From: Gammaproteobacteria bacterium
GTDB taxonomy: Bacteria; Pseudomonadota; Gammaproteobacteria; GCA-002705445; GCA-002716945
NCBI GenBank assembly: GCA_016779485.1
Contig: JADHNN010000001.1
Span: forward strand, 159,885-223,884
Direction of reading: 5' to 3'
Length of the DNA: 64,000 nucleotides
The notes under the pieces are model-generated. The model made no database searches and was not told the DNA's origin. It saw only the letters and a program-made list of their open reading frames with translations. Of this stretch, positions 51,372 through 62,153 are shown piece after piece (position 1 is the first letter of the stretch; each line of letters starts with the position of its first letter). A program made the position numbers and the translations under genes.

Positions 51372-51885
51372 AATTTTGAATAAAGTGAATGGCGGCAAAG
51401 ACTCTAGAGTCTACTATAGGTGAGTTATTAAGAAAGATGTCTATCTTTTTTCTGCTAACCCGTATTGATTCAAGACCTTCTGGTTCATCCCCTTGAAGTG
51501 ATGAAGGTTTAAGATTAGTTGCCATCATCACATAGGTGATGTGATCAATATATCCGGGTGCGAGGTAAATTTTATCAATCAGTGAAATGCTATCTGATTT
51601 AAATCCAACTTCTTCTTGTAATTCTCGATTAGCAGCTTCTATTAATTGCTCGCCATCATCAATCTTTCCCTTGGGGAAAGTGATCATATAGTCATCAACT
51701 GCTGCAGCATATTCTTTTATAAAAATAATTTCATCGCTTAAAATTGGGACTATGAGAACAGCGCCACTTCCAGTGCCGGATATAATTTCATAGTCTAGTA
51801 TTTGATTATCAAATTTAATTTTAGTCTGTTTAATATTAAAAAGCTTTGATTTGAAAATTGATTTCTCTTTAATAATTTTTGGCAT
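51361..51885 (-). CDS. nudE: ADP compounds hydrolase (Nudix)
   Basis: FPKGKIDDGE..EAANRELQEEVG Nudix box, LAPGY, GDEPE; divergent from yrfG. Confidence 0.9.
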   Translation of the reverse strand: MPKIIKEKSIFKSKLFNIKQTKIKFDNQILDYEIISGTGSGAVLIVPILSDEIIFIKEYAAAVDDYMITFPKGKIDDGEQLIEAANRELQEEVGFKSDSISLIDKIYLAPGYIDHITYVMMATNLKPSSLQGDEPEGLESIRVSRKKIDIFLNNSPIVDSRVFAAIHFIQNYDK

Positions 51886-51923
51886 TATATACTCTGGGTT
51901 ACAAGGATGATACATTATGATTT

Positions 51924-52574
51924 ATGATATTAAAAGATATAGACTGCATGTTAGTAGATATGGACGGTGTAATTCTTGATAATACCTATGATAATAATTT
52001 TTGGCAAAATCAAATACCTGGTGTCATCTCTAAAAATAAAAACATATCATTTGAAGATGCTAAGCTTCTAGCTATTCAAATTTTTAATTATAAGAAAAAT
52101 ACGAAAGACTGGTATGACGTTGATTATTGGTCGAACATGCTCAACGTTGATATTGAAGCTGAAAAAAGATCTTCAATTAGTTTTGATAGAATTCAACTAT
52201 ATGAAGGGGTGACAGAAACATTAAATAAGCTGAAAGATAATTTTAGATTAATTTTAATAACTAATGCACACAGAAAGACTCTTAATATAAAACTAGAAAA
52301 ATATGATCTGAATCCATACTTTGAAAACATGATATGCGCTCATGAACTTCATTATGTAAAAGAAAACATACAACTTTGGTATATGTTGAAGAGTAGATTT
52401 AAATTAGATTATACTAAAACGCTTTTAATAGAAGATACTATAAATAATATTAAAGTTGGACTATCGGCTGGAATATCACAGGCTGTATATTTGGGTGATG
52501 AGAGCCATGTAGATTCTAAAAAGATTCTTAAACTATCTTCAATTAATGATATTTTTTCTGCATTCAATCAATGA
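51924..52574 (+). CDS. yrfG: HAD-family GMP/IMP nucleotidase
   Basis: DMDGVILD, YDNNFW, TNAH, KE, IED. Confidence 0.85.
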   Translation: MILKDIDCMLVDMDGVILDNTYDNNFWQNQIPGVISKNKNISFEDAKLLAIQIFNYKKNTKDWYDVDYWSNMLNVDIEAEKRSSISFDRIQLYEGVTETLNKLKDNFRLILITNAHRKTLNIKLEKYDLNPYFENMICAHELHYVKENIQLWYMLKSRFKLDYTKTLLIEDTINNIKVGLSAGISQAVYLGDESHVDSKKILKLSSINDIFSAFNQ

Positions 52575-53021
52575 TAGTTTTTCATAATTATTGTGCTTGG
52601 GAAATGTTTCTATTACCTTGATGATTGCATTATTTCTCTTAAATAGCGTAACTCTCAAAACAACACTTCTAGCAACAGAGTAACGAACTGTATGCTTTGA
52701 AAATTTTTTACCTTTGAATAATAGCGTTGCTAATGATTTATGTTTAAGAATTTTTATCAAGTTAACTTTGCCTTTAATTGCATTCACAGGCGTATAAGAG
52801 ACAGCCTTAATTGCTAACCTTAGTTCTCCTTTCAGCTCAACCTTTCTTTCATATACATATTTTTTAGAATTGTTATCAAAATTACTAATTAGTCTTGTCT
52901 TAGTTGATATCAACTTAACCTTTTCTTGATTATTTTTTATTATTCTCTTTGTTAAAGAAGCATTATCAATTAATATTCTTTTTAATCCCACTGGTAAGTC
53001 TTTGAGCTTTCTCTCTATCAT
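52539..53021 (-). CDS. ubiC: Chorismate lyase-like protein (highly diverged)
   Basis: SLTKRI, ERKVEL, SLATLLF, R.TLF, IETF echo UbiC motifs; follows recG; alternative start 53048. Confidence 0.6.
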   Translation of the reverse strand: MIERKLKDLPVGLKRILIDNASLTKRIIKNNQEKVKLISTKTRLISNFDNNSKKYVYERKVELKGELRLAIKAVSYTPVNAIKGKVNLIKILKHKSLATLLFKGKKFSKHTVRYSVARSVVLRVTLFKRNNAIIKVIETFPKHNNYEKLSLIECRKNIIN

Positions 53022-53031
53022 CCACTTATTT

Positions 53032-55083
53032 TTACAATTGAACTTCATCTATTTCTTTTACTTTCCAACGTTTTTTTAATGCATTAATTTCTGCTGATGA
53101 TAATTCATATTTAAATTTTTTGATATATGAAATATTTTCCATAATGTCATTGATGTTACATACACGATAGTTATCTGGCATTCCTGACTGTTTATTACCA
53201 AGATACGTGCCCGTACCTCTAATTTTAAGATCAAATTCTGCGACATCAAAGCCAGAATGATGACTCTCTAGATACTTAAGTTTATCTATTGCGTCAAGGC
53301 CAGTATTAGATGAGTGTACAAGATAACAGTATCCTCTGGTTACACCTCTCCCAACCCTTCCTCTGAGCTGATGTAGTTGTGCCAGCCCGAATAGTTCTGA
53401 GTTTTCAACTATTAAACAATTGGCATTTGAGCAGTCTACGCCGACCTCTATTACGCTGGTTGTTACTAATATATCTATTTTTCCGAGCTTAAAATTATTA
53501 ATTATTTTAATTTTTTCTTCAGCTGATAACTTGCCATGAAGGACTTCGACAGAAGAATTATTAAATCTTTTTCTAATATTTTCAGAAAATACGCTCACAG
53601 AATGTTTATCATCTTCCTCTGTATCTTCTATCCTTGTGCAAACCCAATATATTTGCATCCCCCCTGCTAGATGCTTTGTAACATTATCTTCAATTTCTTT
53701 TCGAGAATTATCACTATAAACAACTGTTTCGGTAATTACTCTATTTGATGGTTTTTCAGGTATAGTTAGATAGTTCATATTTTCATATAAAACAAGAGCA
53801 AGTGTTCTTGGTATTGGCGTTGCTGACATATATATTAAGTGTGGCTGTTTTACATAATTTGAAGATATCTTCTCTCTTTGTTTAACTCCAAATTTATGTT
53901 GCTCATCAACAATGACAACGGCTAGGTTTTTAAATGTATAATTGTTGAACAAAAGAGAGTGCGTTCCGACAATTACTGATATTTTGCCACTAGATAATTC
54001 TTGTTTAATCGTATTTTTTTCAGCTAATGAACTTTTCCCGCTAACCATAGCAACTTTACAATGCCCGCTAAGATAATGAGTAAACGCCTCAAAGTGTTGC
54101 GAACAAAGAACTTCGGTAGGTACTAATATTAGACACTGAAGATTATTTTTAACAGCATATAAACAGGCTATAACTGCGACAATTGTTTTCCCACAACCAA
54201 CATCACCTTGAACAAGTACCTTTGATGGCGCGCTACTTCTAAATAAGTCAGATATCGAACCAACTACATTTTTCTGACCTTTTGTTAGTTCAAATGGCAA
54301 AGAGTTATAGAACTTTTCAAGCTCTTCCTTGCTGACATTTAATAAATATGAGTCTTTTTTATTATATTTATCAACTATTTTTAGGAATTCATGTTTATGT
54401 AAATAAATTTCCTCAAAAGCTAATCTTTGTTTTGCAAGATTATAGTTGTACAGTGCAATATCATAATCATCCTGTGGGAAATGAAGTTTTTTAAAGGCCT
54501 TCAATAAGGACATTGCATTGAATTCTTTATAAAAATAATCATCAAGACATGAGAATTTGTAATCATATGAAAAAATAGAAAATGCTTGTCTAATAAGTTT
54601 TCTAAACTTTGATTGTGATACTTTGCTTCTGATAGAGTATTTTGGAATAATTTTTTCTAAGTTATTACCATCTTTTATGATTTCAATTTCAGGATGAATA
54701 AACTCGAGTTTATTTTTTTTATTAACTATACTTCCTGATACTCTAATTCTCATTCCTACTTGCAAATTCATGAATATTATAATTTTATGAATAAATCTTA
54801 TTGTAAGTATCCCAAGATGTGATGTAATTGTTATTATGTAATTTGGTTTAAATCCACGCGTTTTTACTGTTTTGATAATTTCACCAGAAACAACAACTAT
54901 GTCTCCAGTATGTATGTTATCGAGGGTTGATGTTTCCTCTTTATTGATAAAATCTATAGGAACAGTTGATAAAAGATCAAACATTGAATCTATGCCTATT
55001 TCTGACAGTAAAGTTTGGGTTTTTGAACCAACACCTTTTAATAGACTTATACTCTGAGAACTTTCACCAGAATATTTATTCAT
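53032..55083 (-). CDS. recG: ATP-dependent DNA helicase RecG
   Basis: QGDVGCGKT, DEQHKFGV, MSATPIPRTL, QLHQLRGRVGRG. Confidence 0.98.
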   Translation of the reverse strand: MNKYSGESSQSISLLKGVGSKTQTLLSEIGIDSMFDLLSTVPIDFINKEETSTLDNIHTGDIVVVSGEIIKTVKTRGFKPNYIITITSHLGILTIRFIHKIIIFMNLQVGMRIRVSGSIVNKKNKLEFIHPEIEIIKDGNNLEKIIPKYSIRSKVSQSKFRKLIRQAFSIFSYDYKFSCLDDYFYKEFNAMSLLKAFKKLHFPQDDYDIALYNYNLAKQRLAFEEIYLHKHEFLKIVDKYNKKDSYLLNVSKEELEKFYNSLPFELTKGQKNVVGSISDLFRSSAPSKVLVQGDVGCGKTIVAVIACLYAVKNNLQCLILVPTEVLCSQHFEAFTHYLSGHCKVAMVSGKSSLAEKNTIKQELSSGKISVIVGTHSLLFNNYTFKNLAVVIVDEQHKFGVKQREKISSNYVKQPHLIYMSATPIPRTLALVLYENMNYLTIPEKPSNRVITETVVYSDNSRKEIEDNVTKHLAGGMQIYWVCTRIEDTEEDDKHSVSVFSENIRKRFNNSSVEVLHGKLSAEEKIKIINNFKLGKIDILVTTSVIEVGVDCSNANCLIVENSELFGLAQLHQLRGRVGRGVTRGYCYLVHSSNTGLDAIDKLKYLESHHSGFDVAEFDLKIRGTGTYLGNKQSGMPDNYRVCNINDIMENISYIKKFKYELSSAEINALKKRWKVKEIDEVQL

Positions 55084-55086
55084 TGT

Positions 55087-55470
55087 TTATTTTTTGTATA
55101 ATATCGCGTCGATTTCTACTTCAACATCCTTAGGAAGCCTGCTGACTTCAACTGCAGCTCTTGCAGGATAAGGCTTTTCTAAATGCTTATCCATAACCGC
55201 GTTAACAGCAGCAAAGTTTTCAATGTCCTTAAGATAAACGGTAAACTTAACACAATCGTTTAAGCTACATTCTGCATCAGAAGCAATATTTTTTATATTA
55301 TTTATAACAGTTTCAACTTGCTCTTCAAAAGAGCCTTCAATGACATTCATGTCTTTATAGTTAAGAGGAATCTGACCAGAGATAAAGACTAAGTTACCAA
55401 CAGATATTGCCTGCGAGTAAGTGCCAATGGCCGATGGGGCTGTGTTGCAAGTAATTGCTTTTTTGCTCAT
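55087..55470 (-). CDS. RidA/YjgF enamine deaminase
   Basis: APSAIGTYSQA, SGQIP, PYPARAAV, VEIDA. Confidence 0.93.
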   Translation of the reverse strand: MSKKAITCNTAPSAIGTYSQAISVGNLVFISGQIPLNYKDMNVIEGSFEEQVETVINNIKNIASDAECSLNDCVKFTVYLKDIENFAAVNAVMDKHLEKPYPARAAVEVSRLPKDVEVEIDAILYKK

Positions 55471-55823
55471 GGTTTTTTCCTTGAATGTCCTGCCTCTTGT
55501 AATCTATCTAAATAGTTATGCCAGTTTTCTTTGTAGTTTTTACATAAATTGTATAAATGCTCCCATGAATACAATCCTGTATCATGTCCGTCGTCAAAAA
55601 CTATTCTTACAGCGTAGTTTCCTACAGGCTCAAGTTTGTCTATAACTACATCTTCTTTACCAATCTGTAACACTTCTTGTCCTGGTCCATGTCCTTTAAC
55701 CTCAGCAGATGGTGAGAAACATCTGAGATATTCTGATGTGATATCACCGCTGAACCCATCTTCGAATGTAATGGACAAGATGTTTGTTTTTTTTATATAT
55801 CTTAACTCTGTTGGCTTAATCAT
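55467..55823 (-). CDS. DUF971 (gamma-butyrobetaine hydroxylase N-terminal-like) protein
   Basis: [32 protein letters not shown]; follows hslU. Confidence 0.9.
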   Translation of the reverse strand: MIKPTELRYIKKTNILSITFEDGFSGDITSEYLRCFSPSAEVKGHGPGQEVLQIGKEDVVIDKLEPVGNYAVRIVFDDGHDTGLYSWEHLYNLCKNYKENWHNYLDRLQEAGHSRKKP

Positions 55824-57154
55824 AAAATGTATCTACTCAAGTCTTCATTTTCAGCAAACTCATTTAGATACTTGTCCACGTAGTCTGCATCAATTTTAAT
55901 TTTAGTTTCGCTAATGTCACTAGCTTCAAAAGATAGTTTTTCAAGCAGTCTCTCCATAATAGTATGCAGCCTTCTTGCTCCAATATTTTCCGTTTTCTCA
56001 TTTACAGTCCAGGCTATTTTAGACAATCTAGTAATAGCACTTTTATCAAATGTAACATCAATACCTTCAGTTTTCATTAACGCTATGTATTGCTCTGTTA
56101 ATGAGTAATCTGGTTCTTTTAGTATAAGTTCAAAGTCTTTAACTGATAGTGCACTTAATTCTACTCTAATAGGTAGTCTACCCTGTAATTCGGGTATTAA
56201 ATCAGAAGGCTTTGATAGATGAAATGCCCCGGACGCTATAAATAAAATATGGTCTGTCTTAATTGGTCCATGTTTCGTATTAACAGTTGATCCTTCTACA
56301 AGAGGAAGTAAATCTCTTTGAACTCCTTCTCTTGAGACATCTGCTCCACCCGCATTAGCTCTTGATGCAACTTTATCAATTTCATCTATAAATACTATTC
56401 CATTTTGTTCAACTCGTTTTATAGCCTCTTGTTTTAAATCATTCTCGTTTATTAGTTTTCTTGCTTCTTGCTCTGACAGTACAATTAGCGCGTCTTTGAT
56501 TTTCATTTTTTGTTTTTTTGTTTTGTTATTAGAAAGATTTTTGAACATACCTTGTAACTGGTCTGTCATTTCTTCCATCCCTGGCGGTGCCATTACTTCA
56601 AATGATGATATATTAGCGCTCACATCTATCTCAATTTCCTTATTATCAAGTTTGCCTTCTCTGAGATTCTTTCTTAATGCTTGTCTTGTTTCTTTAGTAT
56701 CGTTATTTGCATTTACTGTGATGTTAAAACTATCTTCACGACTGGGAAGCAATATATCTAGAACTTTTTCTTCAGCTAATTCTTCCGATCTATGGCTCAC
56801 TTTAGTCATGGCTTTAGATTTAACCTGATTGATAGATATTTCAGTTAAATCTCTTATTATTGAATCAACTTCTTTGCCAACGTATCCAACTTCAGTAAAT
56901 TTAGTAGCCTCAACTTTTATAAAAGGAGCTTGTGCTAGATGTGCTAATCTTCTAGCTATCTCAGTCTTTCCTACACCGGTAGGTCCTATCATTAAAATAT
57001 TTTTTGGTGTGATTTCATTCCTTATATCTTCATCTAACTGGAGTCTTCTCCATCGATTTCGAAGAGCTATTGCTACAGCTCTTTTAGCATCAGATTGCCC
57101 TATAATATGTTTATCGAGCTCTTGAACAACTTCTCTGGGTGTCATCTCAGACAT
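55820..57154 (-). CDS. hslU: ATP-dependent protease ATPase subunit
   Basis: [35 protein letters not shown]. Confidence 0.98.
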   Translation of the reverse strand: MSEMTPREVVQELDKHIIGQSDAKRAVAIALRNRWRRLQLDEDIRNEITPKNILMIGPTGVGKTEIARRLAHLAQAPFIKVEATKFTEVGYVGKEVDSIIRDLTEISINQVKSKAMTKVSHRSEELAEEKVLDILLPSREDSFNITVNANNDTKETRQALRKNLREGKLDNKEIEIDVSANISSFEVMAPPGMEEMTDQLQGMFKNLSNNKTKKQKMKIKDALIVLSEQEARKLINENDLKQEAIKRVEQNGIVFIDEIDKVASRANAGGADVSREGVQRDLLPLVEGSTVNTKHGPIKTDHILFIASGAFHLSKPSDLIPELQGRLPIRVELSALSVKDFELILKEPDYSLTEQYIALMKTEGIDVTFDKSAITRLSKIAWTVNEKTENIGARRLHTIMERLLEKLSFEASDISETKIKIDADYVDKYLNEFAENEDLSRYIL

Positions 57155-57695
57155 TAATCTTCTCTATTGTTAGGTTTGAATTTGTATATATACAAATCTC
57201 GGACGCAATATGCAGTGATTTTTTAACTATATCTTCAGCAGATAAATCGGTATTTTCATAAAGAGCTTTTGCAGATGACTGAGCAAACGAACCGCCTGAA
57301 CCAATTGCTATTATAGAGTCTTGAGGTTCGATTACATCGCCATTACCCGAAATAAGCAAAGAAACATCCTTGTCTGCGACTATCAACAGTGCTTCAAGAT
57401 TACGAAGCATCTTATCCGTTCGCCAATCTTTAGCTAATTCGACTGCAGATCTTGTCAAATGGCCGCTATATTTTTCTAGCTTACCTTCAAATTTCTCAAA
57501 AAGGGTGAAAGCATCTGCTGTAGCTCCTGCAAAACCAGCAAGAACTTGTTCTTTATAAAGCCTTCTGACTTTTTTTGCATTATTTTTCATCACAGTATTA
57601 CCAAGTGTTACTTGGCCATCACCGCCAACCACAACCTCATTATCTCTTCTAACACCAATAATAGTTGTTCCATGAAAAGTTTCGCTCTTACTCAT
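57147..57695 (-). CDS. hslV: ATP-dependent protease peptidase subunit
   Basis: [24 protein letters not shown]. Confidence 0.98.
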   Translation of the reverse strand: MSKSETFHGTTIIGVRRDNEVVVGGDGQVTLGNTVMKNNAKKVRRLYKEQVLAGFAGATADAFTLFEKFEGKLEKYSGHLTRSAVELAKDWRTDKMLRNLEALLIVADKDVSLLISGNGDVIEPQDSIIAIGSGGSFAQSSAKALYENTDLSAEDIVKKSLHIASEICIYTNSNLTIEKINV

Positions 57696-57698
57696 ATT

Positions 57699-58580
57699 TT
57701 ATGCTCTCGGATGACTATTTTTATAAACTTTATTTAAATGTTCAAAATCCATATTAGTATATATTTGTGTTGTACTTATATCTTCATGCCCTAAAAACTC
57801 TTGTACAGCTCTAAGATCTCCAGAAGCTTCTAATAAATGTGTAGCACAACTATGTCTTAATGTATGGGGTGATATCTTGCAATTCAAGCCTTGTTTTTTT
57901 ACCCAAAAGTTGATTCTATTCTGAATAGAGCGATTTGACAATCTGTCACCGAACTTATTTATAAATAATGCATTAGATATAGGATTTTTTTCAGTTCGTT
58001 TTACCAGCCATATGTTCAAAGCATCTAATGCTTTTGCTCCGAAAGGTAAAATTCTCTCTTTTTGACCTTTACCTATAACTTTTACATAGCTCGCAGTAAT
58101 ATCAATTGAATCAAGATCAAGTTGCGATAGTTCGCTCAGCCTAAGTGCTGAGCTGTACATTAACTCTATTATAGCCTTATCCCTAATAGCAGCTAGCGTT
58201 AGCTCTTTGATATCACACAGTATATCTATATCTGAAATTGATAGTATATTTGGAAGCTTCTTCGAAAGTTTAGGTGTTTTAATTCCAGACATTGGCGTTG
58301 ATTTAATCTGTGATGTTTTTAAAAGATATATATAAAATGATCTTAAAGTTGAAGCTTTTCTTGCTAATGATGTTGGTGATAGCCCGAGACTGTGAATGTT
58401 TATAAAATATTTTTCAATATATTTTTTATTGATATTTAATAGAGAAAGCTTAGCGGTACTAAGATAATCTGAGTATTGTTTCAGGTCAGTTTTATAATTT
58501 ATAAGAGTATCTCTGGTATATAATTTTTCAAATTGTAGATATCTAAGGAATTCGTCAATATATTTATCATAGCTATTCAA
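57699..58580 (-). CDS. xerC: Tyrosine recombinase XerC
   Basis: LRLSEL, GKGQKER, HTLRHSCATHLL, LGH, TTQIY; dapF-xerC-hslVU synteny. Confidence 0.92.
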   Translation of the reverse strand: MNSYDKYIDEFLRYLQFEKLYTRDTLINYKTDLKQYSDYLSTAKLSLLNINKKYIEKYFINIHSLGLSPTSLARKASTLRSFYIYLLKTSQIKSTPMSGIKTPKLSKKLPNILSISDIDILCDIKELTLAAIRDKAIIELMYSSALRLSELSQLDLDSIDITASYVKVIGKGQKERILPFGAKALDALNIWLVKRTEKNPISNALFINKFGDRLSNRSIQNRINFWVKKQGLNCKISPHTLRHSCATHLLEASGDLRAVQEFLGHEDISTTQIYTNMDFEHLNKVYKNSHPRA

Positions 58581-59430
58581 GATTCCCCTCTCCTTCTATA
58601 GCGCTAGGTCCAACAAGTTCATATCTATCTGGATTGTAAGATTTTATAACAGACAGAACACCTCCTTTCTGTCTAACAGAAATACTAGAGGAGTTAACCT
58701 TACATTCATGTTCAAGCTCATACAATTTAAACATACAAATTGCGGCAGCAGTTGCTCCACTCCCGCATGACTCAGTATATCCAGCTCCTCTTTCATTCAC
58801 AACAAGATCGATAGTCACCTTCCCATCAATGATAAAATCTTGAGCGTTCGAAATGAAGCCAATATTCATTTCTTTGTTAAATATTTCATCAATAACTGAT
58901 GAGATTTCATCTTTATGTTTAATGCAATAATCAGAAAATACTACGCAATGCTTGTTGCCAATTGATAAAGGTATAAAAGAAAAGGACATTCTTGCGGATA
59001 TATTTTCCATAGTAACAACTATCCCTGACTGTTTAATATTATATTTAGGATTTGTGTATTCATCTTTAATATTGATATATGATGCCTGTCCCATATCAAT
59101 AGAAATTTCCTTATTATTTATCTTAGCTCTATAAGCTACATCACAAACAATTAAATTAGTCTTTGTAATACTATATTTCTCATTAAGAAAAAGCATTGTG
59201 GCTCTTAGTCCATTGCCACATTGACATGCTTTGCTACCATCTTGATTGTATACATCACAGAATACATTTGATCGGTCAGATGCATCCACAATAAAAAATT
59301 GATCGCAACCGACTACATCACGACGTGAGTAGTGCTTGATATCATCAATTGTAAAGTTATCAAAATGCTTATTTGATTCAATAAGTATAAAGTCATTTCC
59401 TTGGCTGTTTAGTTTAGTATACTGTGTCAT
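58573..59430 (-). CDS. dapF: Diaminopimelate epimerase
   Basis: GNDF, GCDQ, CGNG, ERGAG, SCGSGA. Confidence 0.93.
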   Translation of the reverse strand: MTQYTKLNSQGNDFILIESNKHFDNFTIDDIKHYSRRDVVGCDQFFIVDASDRSNVFCDVYNQDGSKACQCGNGLRATMLFLNEKYSITKTNLIVCDVAYRAKINNKEISIDMGQASYINIKDEYTNPKYNIKQSGIVVTMENISARMSFSFIPLSIGNKHCVVFSDYCIKHKDEISSVIDEIFNKEMNIGFISNAQDFIIDGKVTIDLVVNERGAGYTESCGSGATAAAICMFKLYELEHECKVNSSSISVRQKGGVLSVIKSYNPDRYELVGPSAIEGEGNLE

Positions 59431-60082
59431 CTGTCATCACTATGTTAACAAAAAAATGCCTATCTGATATAGGTTTGATGTTGAATGATATGTTATTGTA
59501 ACCGTCAAGCTGTTGTGAAACCTCGTTTATTGTGTATGCGGCTTTTAGTGAGTTTTTAAAGTCATCTAATAATATAGGGTCTTTACCTCCATATTTTAAT
59601 AAGATATCATCCATTGCTTTATTGGACTTAGGTCTTTCAAGATCCATTAAACATATGGTGCCATTCTTTCTGCTTAATCTAAATATCGTATTCCAAAATA
59701 GAGATAAGTCTGACACGTGATGTAGCACGCTGTTACAAATTATTACATCAAATGATTTACCTAGAAACAGATTATGGTCGATTAGTTTCTTATGTAAGAA
59801 TATATTTCTAATATTATTTTTCTTAATTTTCTTTTTAAATTCATTCAACATCGCTTGAGATCCATCTATTGCAGTTATTTCACAATCAGTTTCTTTAGAT
59901 ATTCTTATTGGTATTTCTCCATCGCCACAACCTACGTCTAGTAACTGAGTATAGTTATCGATTTTTACATGTTGAAATGTATTGTTAATAAAAATGTTGT
60001 TTGATTCAGAGAAATTTGCGTTCGCATATGAAGCTGCCTGCTCATTGCTACACATAAGTTCTTTTTCAGGAACGCGGATCAC
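59414..60082 (-). CDS. Class I SAM-dependent methyltransferase, substrate unknown
   Basis: LLDVGCGDG motif I, DGSQAML, NSVLHHV, DLERP. Confidence 0.88.
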   Translation of the reverse strand: MIRVPEKELMCSNEQAASYANANFSESNNIFINNTFQHVKIDNYTQLLDVGCGDGEIPIRISKETDCEITAIDGSQAMLNEFKKKIKKNNIRNIFLHKKLIDHNLFLGKSFDVIICNSVLHHVSDLSLFWNTIFRLSRKNGTICLMDLERPKSNKAMDDILLKYGGKDPILLDDFKNSLKAAYTINEVSQQLDGYNNISFNIKPISDRHFFVNIVMTDDTVY

Positions 60083-61314
60083 TAAAGTTCATTGGCTAGA
60101 ATTTGATCTAATGTATCTGCTGATCTAATTTCATTTATATTGCCATTGCTAATTATATATTCAGCAGGTTTAGGTCTCGTATTATAGTTAGAAGACAGAA
60201 CAAAACCGTAAGCTCCAACATCCTCAATTATAACTAAGTCAGAAACATTAACGTTCATTAATCTGTTTTTACCTAGGAAATCAGCGCTTTCACAAACAGG
60301 TCCAACTACATCATAGTTCTTTTTCACAGCATCTGTTCTGTGTACCGCTGTTATATTGTGGTGGGCATTGTACAGCGGAGGCCTTATAAGTTCTGACATG
60401 CTTGCATCGAGAATTAAAAAGCTTTTTTCGTCTGACTCTTTGACGTACTGCACTCGACTCACTAAGATTCCACAATCGCCAACAATAGACCTGCCGGGCT
60501 CAAAGAGGATCATTATGTTCAAATCTTTTAATTCACTAACTATTGTACTTATAAAAAAATCTTTATTAATAATATTTTCATCTTGATACTTAATGCCTAG
60601 ACCTCCACCAACATCAATATGCGATATGCTGATACCTTTTTTTTCTAATTCAGCAATCAAAGACTTTATAGATTTCAAAGAATCAAGATAAGGCTCAATG
60701 GTTGTTATCTGTGATCCAATATGAAAATCAACTCCAGTTATATTAAGTGACTTTAATTGCGATGCTTTTAGATAAATTTCTAGAGCATCTTTGTAAGGAA
60801 TTCCAAATTTATTTTCTTTCAAGCCTGTGGATATGTATGGATGAGTTTCTACCGCAACATCAGGATTAACTCTAATAGATACATTAGCCACACATTCCAT
60901 GAGTGATGCTTGCTCATTAATAGCATGAAGCTCTCCTTCAGACTCAACATTGAAGCATAGAATTCCGCATTCAAGAGCGAACTTAATTTCATCTTTTCTT
61001 TTCCCAACGCCTGAATAAACTATTTTTTTTGAGTCTGCTCCTGCCTTCATTACCCTATATAACTCTCCTTTAGACACGACATCAAAGCCCATTCCCATTG
61101 AAGCAATTAATTTAAGGATAGATAGATTAGAATTTGCTTTTACTGAATAACAGAAAAGTGTGTGTTTAGTAGCATGCTTCATATAACTATTGATATTTTC
61201 TTTAATAAGATTTTCAGAATATAAATAATATGGGGTTTCCAAGTTACTTGAAATTTCGTCGATGTCCATGCCATCAAAAAATAATAGGTCAGAATTATAT
61301 TCTAATAATCTCAA
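60082..61314 (-). CDS. lysA: Diaminopimelate decarboxylase (TTG start)
   Basis: YSVKANSN, RVNP, FHIGSQ, GGGLG, EPGR, GPVCES. Confidence 0.97.
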   Translation of the reverse strand: MRLLEYNSDLLFFDGMDIDEISSNLETPYYLYSENLIKENINSYMKHATKHTLFCYSVKANSNLSILKLIASMGMGFDVVSKGELYRVMKAGADSKKIVYSGVGKRKDEIKFALECGILCFNVESEGELHAINEQASLMECVANVSIRVNPDVAVETHPYISTGLKENKFGIPYKDALEIYLKASQLKSLNITGVDFHIGSQITTIEPYLDSLKSIKSLIAELEKKGISISHIDVGGGLGIKYQDENIINKDFFISTIVSELKDLNIMILFEPGRSIVGDCGILVSRVQYVKESDEKSFLILDASMSELIRPPLYNAHHNITAVHRTDAVKKNYDVVGPVCESADFLGKNRLMNVNVSDLVIIEDVGAYGFVLSSNYNTRPKPAEYIISNGNINEIRSADTLDQILANEL

Positions 61315-61324
61315 TTTAGTAATT

Positions 61325-61438
61325 CTATAGTATTTGATTTGATGAAGGTACTAGAGGACCCTTATTACCACAACTTGTAATAAGTAATGGTAAAACCACA
61401 ATGATTAGTATCCATATATATTTCTTCAATGTATGCAT
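61325..61438 (-). CDS. lptM: LPS translocon maturation lipoprotein (YifL/LptM), 37 aa, missed by the ORF track
   Basis: MHTLKKYIWILIIVVLPLLITSCGNKGPLVPSSNQIL; lipobox plus CGxKGPL motif; canonical position upstream of lysA; in-frame ATG also at 61444. Confidence 0.88.
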   Translation of the reverse strand: MHTLKKYIWILIIVVLPLLITSCGNKGPLVPSSNQIL

Positions 61439-61495
61439 GATCATTCTGCTATTATAATCTAAATTGGAATTACATATCAGGAAGATTTAAAAAAG

Positions 61496-62116
61496 ATGAA
61501 TAAAGATATTATAACAATTGGCGACAAACAGAGTGCAGATATAAATTTGATATGGTTTCATGGTTATGGCGCTAATAACTGGAGTTTTGAGCCATTTATA
61601 AAATTATTGAACCTCAATCTTGATGGAAGGCTTCATGTAATTATGCCTAATGCCACAATGGATGCAGGGAAAAGGTCTTGGTATCCTCTGCCAAAGTACA
61701 TAGATGGTAAAGTTGAAGAAAACAATCAGGGATTACTTCATTCTAAAAAGTTAATATCTCAATTACTTGATGAGCATATTGATGAGAATAAAAGAATATA
61801 TCTAGGGGGCTTCTCGCAAGGTGCTGCTCTATCATTATCAATGGGCTTAGCTAATGATATAAAGTGCGAGGGTATAATAGCGATATCCGGTTATGTCCCT
61901 TCAGCACAAGAACTGTCTATTACGAATAAAGATGTTGAAATCTACATTGCCCATGGCAATAAAGATATGACTATAACAATCGATGCCTACAATAAGTCTA
62001 TTGAGTTTCTTAAGGAGAATGGTTACGAGCCCATACAGTTTGTTGATGACTGCGGACATACAATCAGCAAGAGAATGATTGAAAGCTTGACTAGCTGGTT
62101 ACACGAAAAATTATGA
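61496..62116 (+). CDS. Carboxylesterase/phospholipase (alpha/beta hydrolase)
   Basis: WFHGYGA, SWY, GGFSQG, ISGY, AHGNKD, GH. Confidence 0.9.
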   Translation: MNKDIITIGDKQSADINLIWFHGYGANNWSFEPFIKLLNLNLDGRLHVIMPNATMDAGKRSWYPLPKYIDGKVEENNQGLLHSKKLISQLLDEHIDENKRIYLGGFSQGAALSLSMGLANDIKCEGIIAISGYVPSAQELSITNKDVEIYIAHGNKDMTITIDAYNKSIEFLKENGYEPIQFVDDCGHTISKRMIESLTSWLHEKL

Positions 62117-62117
62117 T

Positions 62118-62140
62118 AAAGGGCAGAATAACTGCCCTTT
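62118..62140. terminator. Bidirectional intrinsic terminator AAAGGGCAG-AATAA-CTGCCCTTT
   Basis: Perfect 9-bp stem between convergent genes. Confidence 0.85.
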
Positions 62141-62153
62141 ATATTAATATAGA

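Noticed and set aside
57699-58580. Tyrosine recombinase as a phage or ICE integrase
   Set aside because: It sits in the canonical dapF-xerC-hslVU context, with no att repeats or mobile cargo
863-60586. The many 60-160 aa alternative-frame or antisense ORFs in the track (e.g. 863-1072, 7711-8067, 15821-16303, 32462-32878, 39701-40189, 56496-57125)
   Set aside because: All lie within or largely overlap well-supported genes on another frame or strand, show no recognisable motifs, and are expected shadows of codon bias
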